64,000 nucleotides of DNA from Piromyces finnis finn (lineage: Eukaryota > Fungi > Neocallimastigomycota). The translations under genes and the position numbers were made by a program. Below are positions 39,459-52,262 of the stretch, one piece after another; the stretch's first letter is position 1; each line of letters begins with the position of its first letter. Location of the stretch: the NCBI GenBank assembly GCA_002104945.1, contig MCFH01000001.1, forward strand, positions 2,108,001-2,172,000. Direction: 5' to 3'. The notes beneath the pieces were generated by a model. It did no database searches. It was not told where the DNA came from and worked only from the letters and a program-made list of their open reading frames with translations.

Positions 39459-42400
39459 ATGTTAAAAGCAAAGTTTAGAAGAAATGATATTGAATTAAGC
39501 GACCCCGATATTAACGAAGGCGTTGGTAAATGTTTATTAAAAATAATAATTTAATATATATTAGTAAAGCTATCAATTTATACCTAATCTTATAATATAA
39601 AACAGCAAAAGAAACCGAACTTTTACGCCTTCAGAGACAATATCGCTTAATGGAGGGTGATAGAAAATCATACTGTGATAGTTCTAAATCATTATTAGCA
39701 AAACAAAGGTTAATAAAATAATATTATTTTAATACTAAAAATTTTAAAACAATATTATTAATATTTAAATATTATTTTAATACTAAAAATTTTAAAACAA
39801 TATTATTATTAATATTTAAATATTATTTTAATTAGAGAATCAATTGTGAAATTACAAAAAGAAAACTCGATGCTTCATTTTCAATTAACTTTAGTTGAAA
39901 GAAGACTTGATTATCAAGAGAAAAATGGTATTCGTCATAAAAAAGCAAAAGAAACGATTAACAAAGGAGGTAAAAATTAAAGAGAAATGATAAATATTGT
40001 TATTTTCTTTCTTTTTTTTTTTTTTGAATAATAAAAGGAATAATTTTATAAATGAATATAATATTTATACTCTATCTAAAATAAAAAAAAAATTTATACA
40101 CAAAAGAAATGTATGTAAAGAAATATAAAAGTTTACTTGAACAAATACAAGAAGTTGATTCAAAAATAAAAAATATGAAAAATGAAATAGAAAAAAAGAA
40201 GCATGAATGTACAAAAGCATCTTCTATAAAACAGACTCCAAAGTATAAACAACAAGTCATTGCTCAATTAGAAAATAAATTAAATAAAGTATATAACTTA
40301 TTAATAAATTTAAATTAATTTAATGTTTGAACGAAAATAATATTAAATAAAAAATTAAAATATATATAACATCAATTTTTTATTAAAAAAAAAAAAAATG
40401 AAATAAAATTATTTTAAAATTAAATAATTGAATATAAAACATCTTTTAAATAAAATCCAAAAAGGCGTTAGTTAAATTCAATCAAACATTAGCTATTAAT
40501 AAAAAAACAAGATTATTAATCGATGATTTAAGAGGGGAAAGAGCTTGTTTTGATAATTTATCAAGAAAATATGAAAAAGCAATTAATGAACAAAAAAAGA
40601 AAATGACAGAAGTAATTGAGGCTTCAACTTCAGCTTACGAAATGAGGTTAATAATAATTAATATATTTAATATTTTAATTTTAAAAAAAAGAAAAAATAA
40701 CACAATATATACTTAATTTTTGAAATTTATATATCTGAATAAAACAAAGACTTGAAGCTCAAAATCGTATTTCTGTATTAAAAGAAAAAACTGAAAAAGA
40801 ATGTCAAGCATTTACTCAAGAAATGAATGAAATTAATAGACAATTAGAACATGATCAAAAACTTAGACAATTCATGAATACTAAATCTCAAGAAAAATCA
40901 TTAAAATCTAACAGTAAAAAAAAGAAGCAAGGTATATATTGTATATATATTATTTTAAAAAAAATTATTAATTATTATATACGAATGTATTTTATTTAAT
41001 TATTGTAAAAATGAAATAAATGATAAGATACTATTTTTTAATGCTAATTATAATAAAATAAATTATTTCAATAATAATATAAAGGTCAATTTAATGAAGA
41101 AGAATCAATATATGAAATATATAATAATTCATTGAATAATTATGAAAATCTTTTCAATACTATTCGTAAGGTGACAGGAATAGAAGATATCAATGAATTT
41201 GTAAAAACATTTAATGATATAGAAGACAAAAACTTTTCATTATTTAATTATGTTAGTGAAGTTAGTAATGAAATCGAATATAGTGAAAATGAAATTAAGG
41301 CTTTAAAAGAAAAAATTGAATTACTCAAAAAAGAAGAAGAAGAAAATAAGGAAAAAAAGCAAAAAACCATTAAAAAGATGGAAGTAAGTATATTGAATAT
41401 ATTAAATTATATTAAAATTATTTTATTTAATATATATATTTATATATTATACATTAATATATAAATAGGAATGTTTAGAATCAAATAAAGAAAAAAATAA
41501 AAATTATATTAATGATACAAGAGAAAAACAAAATATTATTAATACTATATGTAATAATGTAATAAATATAATAAATCTTTTAATAGACTATAAACCACCA
41601 CCAGGTGCTGAATTTTATTTAACACCTTCAACCTTTGTTACAAATGCTCAAGCTATTATAGAAAAACAAAATAAATTGAAAGCGCAAGATGATAATAATG
41701 AATCTTTAAACAACCAAAATCCAGAAAATGAAAAAACTAGTGAAAATAATGATCAAGGAGATGAAGGTATAAATGAAAATAAAAAACAAGAATCAACATT
41801 AACAGAAAATACAAATAATGACGAATTACAAAAAGCTGAAAATAAAGATTCAAATACAGTAGAGAATAATGAAGATGAAATAGCTAAGAAAGAAGAAGAT
41901 AAAAATAAAAAAGAATCTGAAAATGAAATAGAGAAAAAGGAATCAGAAACCAATAATAAAGATAATATAAAAGAGGATGAATCAATTTCTGTAGATAATA
42001 ATGAAGTTCAGGATGAATCTGATAATAATTCAAAACCAGGAGTTTCTTCGGATGAAGAAACAAAAAACAATACGAAACTTACTGAAGATGTTATAAACTT
42101 AATTCTTAGTAAACCTGAAACTAATAAAGTAATTGATTCTGAAACTGGTAAAAATGCTACAGTTATTAATCTTTTGGAAGATAAAAAAGTTAATGCAATT
42201 AATTTATTGGAGGTTTTAAGATATATTGAAGAAAAAATAAATGAATTGTTAGTATTCAATTACATGACACATTTACCAAAACGTAAAGATCCAGCTGATG
42301 AAGAAATCAAACCAACTGAGAAGATGTTTATGAGTAATGAGAATGTTGATTCTCAACAAAATATAACACTTCTTGGTCCAGGTCCAGAAGCTCCAATTAC

Positions 42401-42783
42401 TAATTTGAATATTAAAATACCTGAGAGGTAATTTAAAATATTAATATAGTAATTTATTTAAATTTAATTAAATATAACAATAATAATAATTAAAAAAATA
42501 AACTTTTTTTTATTATAGCGAGGATTTACCAGATTATCTTAATAGTGGTGAAGAAGAAAAAAGATTATTTACTCGTGAAGAATTAACAAAAAGAACAATT
42601 ATGAGTGTAAGTAGAGTATAAATAATAGTAATATATAATGTAGATGTATTTTTATAAAATGTTTTGTTTTTCATATTATTATCTTCATTTGTACTGATGT
42701 GCTGATGTAATTTAATATATATTCATATATCATTTATATAGTTCAATAATACATCAAAAGAAGAAAGTGATTCAAATAATTAG
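39459..42783 (+). CDS. Outer dynein arm docking complex subunit DC2 (ODA1/ODAD1/CCDC114/CCDC63 family), multi-exon coiled-coil protein
   Basis: 'ELLRLQRQYRLMEGDRKSYCDSSKSLLAKQR', 'ENKLNK|ALVKFNQTLAINKKTRLLIDDLRGERACFD', 'SAYEMRLEAQNRISVLKEK', 'TIRKVTGIEDINEFVKTFNDIEDKNFSLFNYVSEVSNEIE', 'INLLEVLRYIEEKINELL', 'RLFTREELTKR'. All exons were joined in frame by hand. Confidence 0.85.
39721..39830. repeat. Tandem duplication (~48/51-bp unit, ~2.2 copies) inside intron 2 of the ODA-DC2 gene
   Basis: ATATTATTTTAATACTAAAAATTTTAAAACAATATTATT(ATT)AATATTTAA occurs twice, followed by a partial third start. Confidence 0.85.
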
Positions 42784-43114
42784 ATTTTATAATGATAATA
42801 TCACAAATCACAAATCTTTTACAATATTACATACAGTTAAATAATAATAATATATAAATTCATATTTATAATTTATTAAATATTATTTTTAAAAAATAGT
42901 ATTTTTAATATATAGATATTATTAATATCATATTATAAATAAATATCAAAAATTATATTAGTATATTATTATTATTTATATTTATTTATTAATTAATTTA
43001 CATTGAGATAATTATTTATTTTATGTAACTTTCATATTTCTTTTTTTTTTTTTAAAAAAAAAAATAAAATCGTTTACCAAAAGCTTTTTAATATTGATAA
43101 TAATAAATTTTTGT

Positions 43115-43151
<37 letters not shown>

Positions 43152-44321
43152 ATACCTTTAAAGTTAAATTTTATATAAGAATAAAATCGGCGTGTAAAAC
43201 TTAAAATATTATTATTGTGTATAACTCATTATTGAATTGAAGGTTATTCTCAAAAAAGACTACTTATTATAATAGTTGTAGTATAGAATACCTATTTTAT
43301 AATTTTTTTTATAAATAATATATAAAATAATAAAATAAAATAGTATATTCATTTATTTATTTTTATTATATTTCTGTAATAGAAGGTCATGTTAGTAGAA
43401 GTTGCCTATTTTATGTGGTTATAATTATATTATTTATTAAACTCTAATTTTTAATAATTTTGATAATCGTAATTTTTAATTATCTTTTTTATTATTATTA
43501 TTATTTTTTTTTTAAAGTAAAAAAACTAAATTAAAATTTCCATATATATCTATCTCAACAAAAAAGTACCAAAAAATAAAATAATATATATATATAATAT
43601 ATATAATATATTATTTAATTAAATAGGATATAGATGAATAAATTAATTAAAAAATTTTAATTAAATTAAAATAATAATGTGTCATATGAGTGATAAAAAA
43701 GAAATGAATGATAGGAAATATTATTAAACTTATTATCACAAAATAAATATAATTTAATAATAAACATTTTAATAAAAAAGTTTATTTTTTTTTTGTGAAT
43801 GGCATATGGCGTACGACATCTATAAAAGAAAAGTTTTTGCCTGTTTTTTTTTATTTATTTTAGAAAGTTTTAATTTTTTTTTCAAAAAACAAAAAAAAAA
43901 AAAAAAAAATAATAATAATAACAATAATAATAATTTATAATTAAAAAGAATTAAGAAAAAAAAAAAAAAAATTAAGTTTCAACAAATTATTTGATATAAA
44001 GATACTCATAAACCAATTTTATTATATATATTAAAAAGAATAAAAAAAGTAAGTCAAAAAGTAATATTTTTAATATAAAATGTATATTTTGAAAAAAAAA
44101 ATAAAATAATTCAGAGTGTAATATTAACATTGAATGTGTATTTTTAATAAAAATAATACAAAATATTAAATAATTTTTAAATGTGTTTCAGCTCACTACA
44201 TAAGTCAATAAAATTTAAATTTTAAAGAAAAAAAAAGCATAATAACAAGAACAAAATTAAAAAATAATTAATATAATAAAAAAGAAAATATAATAATAAT
44301 AAAAGAATATACCAAGAGAAA

Positions 44322-45073
44322 ATGTTGGAAATTCATAATGATAATATTATTACAAACAAAATCAATCAACCTAAATCAGGGGATTATTTAAAACAAACTT
44401 CTATTTTATACGCTTCAAATCCACCTACAATTATTCCTTTAGTTGATATTCCTTCAGATTCTAAGATAATTTATGAAGTAAATTTATCAGTACCAAAAGA
44501 AAAAGCTAATGAATTTGTAGAATGGTTGAATATTTACTCTAGAGTATTATGTCAAACCATACCAGGTATATATTTTAATTTGAGTAATAGTTAATTATTA
44601 AACTATTTATTATTTTTAATATAAAATATTAATTAAAAATAATGATTATTATAGGTTTTACAAACTGTAATGTTTTTAGTCAACCAAAACCATGTAAATA
44701 AATAGTTATTATTATTTTTATATATTAATATGTAAATAATATATACTAATTGTATCTAATATAATTTATATGTTATTATAGTTGGTTTACATTGGTTAAG
44801 CGAAGAAGGAGACTCTAAAGTAATTAATATAATAATAAGATGGAATATAATAAAAAAATAAATTATACTTTATATATTAATATTTATACTTTCTTAATAT
44901 TATTTTAATCATAGTGTTATTTCTTAATTCAATATCATATCCGTTCTCAAGAGTATCTAAAAGAATATTTAAAGAATGGGCAGACTAAAGTTTCAGTTAC
45001 TGAAATAGATCGTTTCAAATATAATATTATATCAAGGAGGGTTATAAGAAATTTATTTACTATATCAGCATAA
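44322..45073 (+). CDS. Small DUF4286-like (dimeric alpha/beta-barrel-like) protein, 4 exons, 159 aa
   Basis: Exons 44322-44565, 44655-44693, 44782-44819 and 44915-45073 total 480 nt in frame: ...KIIYEVNLSVPKEKANEFVEWLNIYSRVLCQTIPGFTNCNVFSQPKPFGLHWLSEEGDSKCYFLIQYHIRSQEYLKEYLKNGQTKVSVTEIDRFKYNIISRRVIRNLFTISA*. The pattern (IIYxVx..F.EWL..PGF..QY..S.E.L..Y) resembles DUF4286 from memory; no search was run. Confidence 0.6.
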
Positions 45074-46652
45074 TTCTTTATCACATAATCGATTGTATAT
45101 ATATTATTTTTAACCATTATTATCTTTAGAGTGATTTTATTATAATACAATAAAAATAATAATAAAAACTCACATATATTAGTTAAATTTCATACTATAT
45201 GATATTTGAAAATTTAAATTTTATAAAAAAATAATAATTTAAATTTTTTTAAAAATAATATGAATTCTTATAGTTTAAAAAAATTAATAAACTTTTAAAT
45301 ACAAAAATATTATTGCTTTTTAATTATGCTTCATTTGTTCTCAGTTATTTAAAAAAAAAAAAAGTAAAAAACTTTTTTTTTTAAATATTGTTATTATTTA
45401 TTATGGTTAACGACAATTCAAAATTGTATAATTGTATATGATATTTTTAATTTTTAATTGGTGAAAAAAGATATAAAAAATTAATATATATTAATTTTTT
45501 TTTTTTTTTGGAATATTTCTTTTTAATAAAAGTAAATGTAACACAAAAAAATATGGATCTACAGAATATACAGAAAAAACTTTATTATAAAATATATTAA
45601 AAATATCAATTATAATAAAAAAAAAAACAATAAATATTAAAATTAAAATTTATATAATTTAAACTTTTTTTACCAAGAATTAAAAAATTTCATTCCATAC
45701 TTTAAAAATATTATATTGGTGTATTAATAACCTTTTCTAGTTTATTTTTAAAAAAAAATAACGAAAATACTTTTTAAAAGTAACTTTAGTTATTAATTTT
45801 TTAACTATTGTATGTTTAAATAAAAAGTATTTAAATAGAATTTAAAATTAGTGATATATACAAGATAAAAAATTATATATTACAAATATCAAAATGAAAT
45901 ATAAAATATATTATATATATAATAAAAATAGTATGAAACAAATTTTATTTTATATTAAATAGTTATAGTTATTTCATGTATTTAAACAATATAATCTGCT
46001 ATTTGTTTATGTCTTAAACCGAAATTAAATTAAGTATATATTTTTTTTTAAAAAAAAGTTAACAATAATTATTATTTGGTTTCTATGTATAATACATTTA
46101 TACATCTTTTGATACATTATTAAATAATTACTACATTATTTACTATTAATGTAATTAAAAATTTATTTATATGTATTATTTTTGGAAATAATATTTCTTT
46201 TTTAAAAAATAAAAACAAAAAAGAATAAAAAATATTTGTTTTCTTAAATAATCAATATTAACATAATAAATTAGAGGTAATTGCAATTGCATCCAAGAAA
46301 CTATTGTTTTTTTATTTATTATATAAAGATATAAGTATTTATTATATCTTTTATAATAAATAAATTTAATATTCTTATTCTAACTTTTTTATTTTGTTTT
46401 ATAATATATACCTTTTATATATCCTTGCTATGCATATCTTTAAGTAGTTATCAAAAACTATTATCCATTTATATATATATGAAATAATAAAATTATTATT
46501 CATTTATTAATATTTTTTATTAATTTGTTATAACAAATTATTATTTAGAAAACAAATAATTATACTAAATAAGCAAAAAATAAAATAAAAAAAAAAAGTA
46601 CTTTTAAATTAATTTAAACAAGAATATAAACTTTTAATTAAATTATAAAAAT

Positions 46653-49600
46653 ATGGCTTTTCACTGGACCTCGAAAACCAGTAGTAGTTCTTCAGCGGTA
46701 AAATATTTACATTGCATATAATAATATAATAATATATAATAAATATATATGTATGCCAAAGTCATTGTTTTTAAAATTAAATTTAGCTCGGTATTTATTG
46801 AGTTCGGTATTTATATCAATAACAAGTTAACTCGAATTTAATTTATTATATATATAAAAAATGTAAATAATAAATAAAATAATAGCAATAATAGCAATAA
46901 TAGTTGATATATGAGTAAAGAATTTTAGTATATACAGTAATATATTATATAAAATGCAATTAATTTTATTATTTAAAACAAAAAATTAGTAGAAATTAAA
47001 AAAAAAAAAAAAAAAAAAAATGAAAAAAAATGAAAAACTAAATGATTAATATAATATATATTTATAATTTATATTGACATTGACATATATATTGTTTTTA
47101 TATAAAATCCCAATGACACAATTAATTAACAAATTATATAAAATCTATATTTTTATATTTACAAATGATATATACTTAAATAAAAAAATAAAAATATTGA
47201 TTATTTATAATAAAAAGGGTGTTGAAGATATGGTTTTACTTTCAAAAGTAACTGAAGAACAGATAGTAGACAATCTTCGTAAAAGGTATATAAATATTTT
47301 AAAAACTACATATTATGTTAATATTAATATTTTGATAATATGAAGATTATAGATTGCTTCGATAGTAATTATAATTGTAATTAATTTCATTTAATATATA
47401 ATATAATAAATATTTAGATATCAAAATGATTTAATTTATACATATATTGGTCCAACTTTAGTAGCTGTTAATCCTTATAAGCAACTTCCATATTTCACTC
47501 AAAAGGAAATTGGTAAAATAATGCTATATTTATGCTATAATTATAATATAAATACAATATTTATTTTTTTTATTTTTTTTATTTTTTTTTAATATTATAT
47601 AAAATCTATAAATAAAATAGATATGTATCGAGGAGCTGTAAGAATATATATCTATAATTGAAAATTCTAATTTTATTATAACATGATTTCATTAAATAAA
47701 TTGGAATATAATAACTTAGGCATCCCATGAAAATGCACCACATATTTATGCAACAGCAGATACAATGTATATAATATTATTCATCAAGAATTTTATAATT
47801 ATCAAAGAAATAAAAATTAAAGATATTACTATTATTTATTATTTATCATTTATCAAAATAATATAGGTTTCAGAATATGATGACAGATGAAGAAAATCAA
47901 TGTGTTATTATTAGGTAATAAAGCAGCAATTTAATGTAATAATTATAAAGACATATTTCTAATTATTATAATATATATACAACAATAAAAATAATTATAT
48001 GTTAATTAACAGTGGTGAAAGTGGTGCAGGTATACATTTTTTTTTTTATTTAAGATAAAGCCATATTTTATATTTATATATCCTTTTAAATTAATGATTT
48101 GTTTTATTTATAATTTGAAATAAATAGGAAAAACTGAATCAGCTAAATTAATTATGTAAAATAGATATACCAATAAAAAAACAAATATTAAATATCATGT
48201 AATTTTTATATTAATAATCATATAATTTTATTTTAAATTAATATCAATGTAAAAATAAATAATTTATATTATATAGGGTAAGTTAGTTTATAATTAATCA
48301 TATTATTATTGATTATAAAAATATTGCTAATGATGGATTTATCTATAAATTGAATTAATAGAACTATATTGCTGCCGTATCAGATAGAGGAGGTTCTGGA
48401 AGTAATATTGTTGAACAAGTAAAAAATATTATTTTAGGTGTAAGCAATCTATAAGTATTATAAATAATCTTTTTGATATGAAAGACTTTTCATTATTAAT
48501 ATTATTAATATTTAAACTAACTAATTATCAATATATAAATGCTAAACAATTAAATTTAATAATAACCAAATTTTGATTAAAGTCTAATCCATTATTAGAA
48601 TCTTTTGGTAATGCTAAAACATTAAGAAATAATAATTCATCTCGTTTTGGTAAATATTTTGAAATTCGTTTCTTAAGAGGTGGTCAACCAGTTGGTGGTA
48701 ATATTTCAAATTTCTTATTAGAAAAGGTAATTTAAAATTTTATTCAAGATTATAGATAGTACTACGTATTTTAATATGATTCTTTAAAGTATAAATAAAA
48801 TATTATAAATACTTAAACAATTTATTTTAATATAATTTATTATTAAATATATAAATTATATTTTTAAATCAATTAATAGTCTCGTGTTGTTTCTCCAGGA
48901 AAAGGTGAAAGAAATTTCCACATTTTTTACCAACTTACTAAAAATGTCACTGAAAAAGATAGAACTGAATTAGGATTAAGTGCTCCAAGTAATTTCAATT
49001 ATTTAAATTGTAGTGGTACTTATGATGCTGATGGTATTGACGATACTAAGGAATATGCTGAAATGAAGAAATCATTAACAATTTGTGGTGTAAGTGAAGA
49101 AGACCAAAATTCTTTATTCCAAATTGTTGCTGGTATTTTACATTTAGGTAATATTGATTTCACCGAAGAAAATAATGAGGCCGTTGTAATTGATCCAAGA
49201 ACTTTAGAATTTCCAGCCTATCTTTTAGGTGTTTCTGCAGACGCTCTTCATGATAAATTAGTTTCAAGATTAATGCAAACAGGTTTTATGAAAAAACGTC
49301 AATCTGATATTCGTATGACATTAAATCGTGAACAAGCTTGTAGTAGTCGTGATGCTTTAGCAAAGGCTCTCTACAGTCGTATGTTTGATTGGTTAGTTCA
49401 AGAAATTAATATTGCAATGAAAAAACTTCAAGGTAGTAACCAAGATCAAATTCTTAACCTTGGTGTATTAGATATTTACGGTTTTGAAATTTTTGAAAAG
49501 AATGGTTTTGAACAATTTTGTATTAATTATGTAAATGAACGTCTTCAACAAATTTTCATTGAATTAACCTTAAAATCAGAACAAGAAGAATACGTTCATG

Positions 49601-51901
49601 AAAATATTCAATGGGTACCAATTGAATTCTTTAACAACAAGGTTGTTGTAGATTTAATTGAATCTAAGAGACCACCAGGTATAATGTGTATTTTAGATGA
49701 TGTTTGTGCTACAACACATGCTGTATCAAAGGGTTCTGATGAAGATTTTGTTAGAAAGATGGATTCTAATTGTGGTGATAGTAAGCATTACCAAGGTATG
49801 CAAACAAAATTCTTAATTCGTCACTATGCTGGTCCAGTTACTTACGATTGTGAAGGTTTCTGTGAAGCTAATAAGGATACTCTTTTCAAAGATTTAATTA
49901 TTTTAATGCAAACCACCACTAAACCATTTATTCGTAATCTTTTCCCAGAAAATATTGATGCTGATGATAAGAAAAGACCAACTACCTTTTCTTTCAAGAT
50001 TAAGTCTCAATGTCACGAATTGGTTGATACTTTAATGAAATGTACACCTTCCTACGTTAGATGTATTAAGCCAAATGAAAATAAGGTTCCAAAGGAATGG
50101 GATAGCAAACGTGTTGAACATCAAACACACTATTTGAACTTGAAGGAAAATATAAAGGTTAGAAGAGCAGGTTTTTGTTACCGTCAAACCTTTGAAAAGA
50201 TGTTAAAACGTTACGCTATTCTTACCCCCGAAACTTATCCATCCTGGAATGGTAATCCAAAAGATGGTGTCAAACATATTTTGGAAGCTGTCGATATGGA
50301 TAAGGATCAATGGCAATTTGGTCTCACCAAGGTCTTCATTAAGACTCCAGAATCTTTGTTTATTTTAGAAGAATTGCGTGACAGAAAATACCATGGTTAT
50401 GCCAAGACCATTCAAACATGTTATAGAAAATGGAAATCAAGAAAATACTTCCTTGATTTAAAGAAGGAAGCCACAGATATTTTCTATAATAAGAAGCAAA
50501 GAAGAAGATTCTCTATTAATCGTGACTTTAATGGGGATTATATTAATTATTTAAGTAATCCAATATTAAAACAACTTGTTGGAAAGAATGAAAAGGTTTA
50601 CTTTGCCTCGGAAATGAACAAATTTGATCGTAAATTTAAGAATGTTTCCATTTTTGATTTTATTATTGGTGAACAAACTGTTTACTTTATCGGAAAAGAA
50701 AAGGCCAAGAAAGGACCAAATAAGGGTAAATTTATTAAAGTTGTAAAACGTGCCGTTCCAATAGATCTAATAACCGGTGTTTCTACTAGTGCTCTTGCAG
50801 ATGATATTATTGTATTCCATCTCCCAGAATATGATTATGTTTGTGAAAATGTATTCAAAACAGAATTGGTTACTATTCTTAACAATCAATATAAAAAGCA
50901 CACCAATAGAACATTATCTATTACAATTAATAATACTATTAATTATACGGTTAAGAAGACCAAATGGTCTGGCGGTGGTGTATACAACCTTCAATTTATT
51001 GAAGATCCATCTATTCCAACCAATATTGAAGGTACCACCGGTATACCAAAAGCTGGTAAGGCAATGACAAAACCAAAGAATAAGGGTGCCGAAATTCGTA
51101 TGCCACCTGGTCTTCCAGCAAGTACTAAACCTGTTCATAAGGAACCACCTGTTAATACATACCATGCACCAGAAAAGAAATATATTCAACCGGCTGCTGC
51201 TTCATCTACTCCAGCAGCAACTTACACACCAGCTGCTGCTCCAGTCAGTGCTACTCCTTCAGCACAAATTTCCAATCCAATTTCTTCTTCTATCCTAGCT
51301 AAAGCTCAAAGTATCAATACCAATTTAAGTAGTTTGGCTAATCCACCTGTTGCTCAACAAGTCAAGGTTACTAAAGCTGGTACTACTCCAAAATCAATTA
51401 CTTCACCAGTGAATCCAAAGATTAGTCAAATCAAGAAACGTCCTCCACCAACACCACCACCAAAGAAGAAGTTACCAACTGTTAAAGCCATTTATGCCTA
51501 TCAAGTAATTAATCTTTTTTTTTTTTTATTATTATTATTATTTATATTTTTATTCTTTCATTGTACTAATTAATTTTATTGCTTCCCCCCCCCTTTTTTT
51601 TTTTTATTCTTCTTTATTAATTCTTCATTTTATTATAGGCTAGTGAAGCTGATGAACTTTCCTTTAATGCTGGTGATATTATTTATGTAATTTCTAAAGA
51701 TGAATCTGGATGGTGGACTGGTGTAAAACAAGGAGAACAAAAGAAGGGTTTAGTAAGTAGTATTATTATAATTAAATGATTATTATAATAAAAAGTTTAA
51801 TTTTTTTTTTTTTTTTTCATACATTAAATTTTTAATATTACTAATTTATTTATTTTTTCTATTTATCCTAGTTCCCATCCAACTATGTACAGGAAAATTA
51901 A
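46653..51901 (+). CDS. Long-tailed class I myosin (motor, IQ, TH1, Pro/Ala-rich TH2, SH3; MYO1E/F-like), multi-exon
   Basis: MAFHW...[23 protein letters not shown]|[18 protein letters not shown]; P-loop IIS|GESGA|GKTE; '[28 protein letters not shown]'; '[44 protein letters not shown]'; IQ '[12 protein letters not shown]'; SH3 '[37 protein letters not shown]'. Includes a 2625-nt exon 48880-51504. Confidence 0.96.
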
Positions 51902-52179
51902 AAATAATAAAAATAATATTAAAAAAGAAATAAAGAAATTAAAAAAAAAAAAAAAAAAAAAATGTAGAGGGAATATATAATAAAGATGAAATAAAATATT
52001 AGAAAAAAAAAATAATAAATTATTTATTTAATAAAAAAAAAAAATAAAAAAAAAAAATAAAAAATTATACATTGATTAAAAAAACTACAATAAATAAAAA
52101 AAATATATAATAAAAAAATCTATCTATTTATAAATATTTAAAAAAAAAAAAAAAAGTCTTCCATAAATGAGAAATTTTA

Positions 52180-52185
52180 TTATTA

Positions 52186-52220
<35 letters not shown>

Positions 52221-52262
52221 GTTTATTATGTTTATTATTATGTTTATTATTATTATTATTAT
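52180..52262. repeat. Imperfect (TAT)n / (TTTATTATG)n microsatellite 3' of myosin I
   Basis: TAT run interrupted by repeated GTT insertions. Confidence 0.85.

Noticed and set aside
46786-46820. Short direct repeat (CGGTATTTAT x2) in myosin intron 1 as a snoRNA or regulatory element
   Set aside because: No C/D or H/ACA box arrangement was identifiable, and it is too short to support a call.
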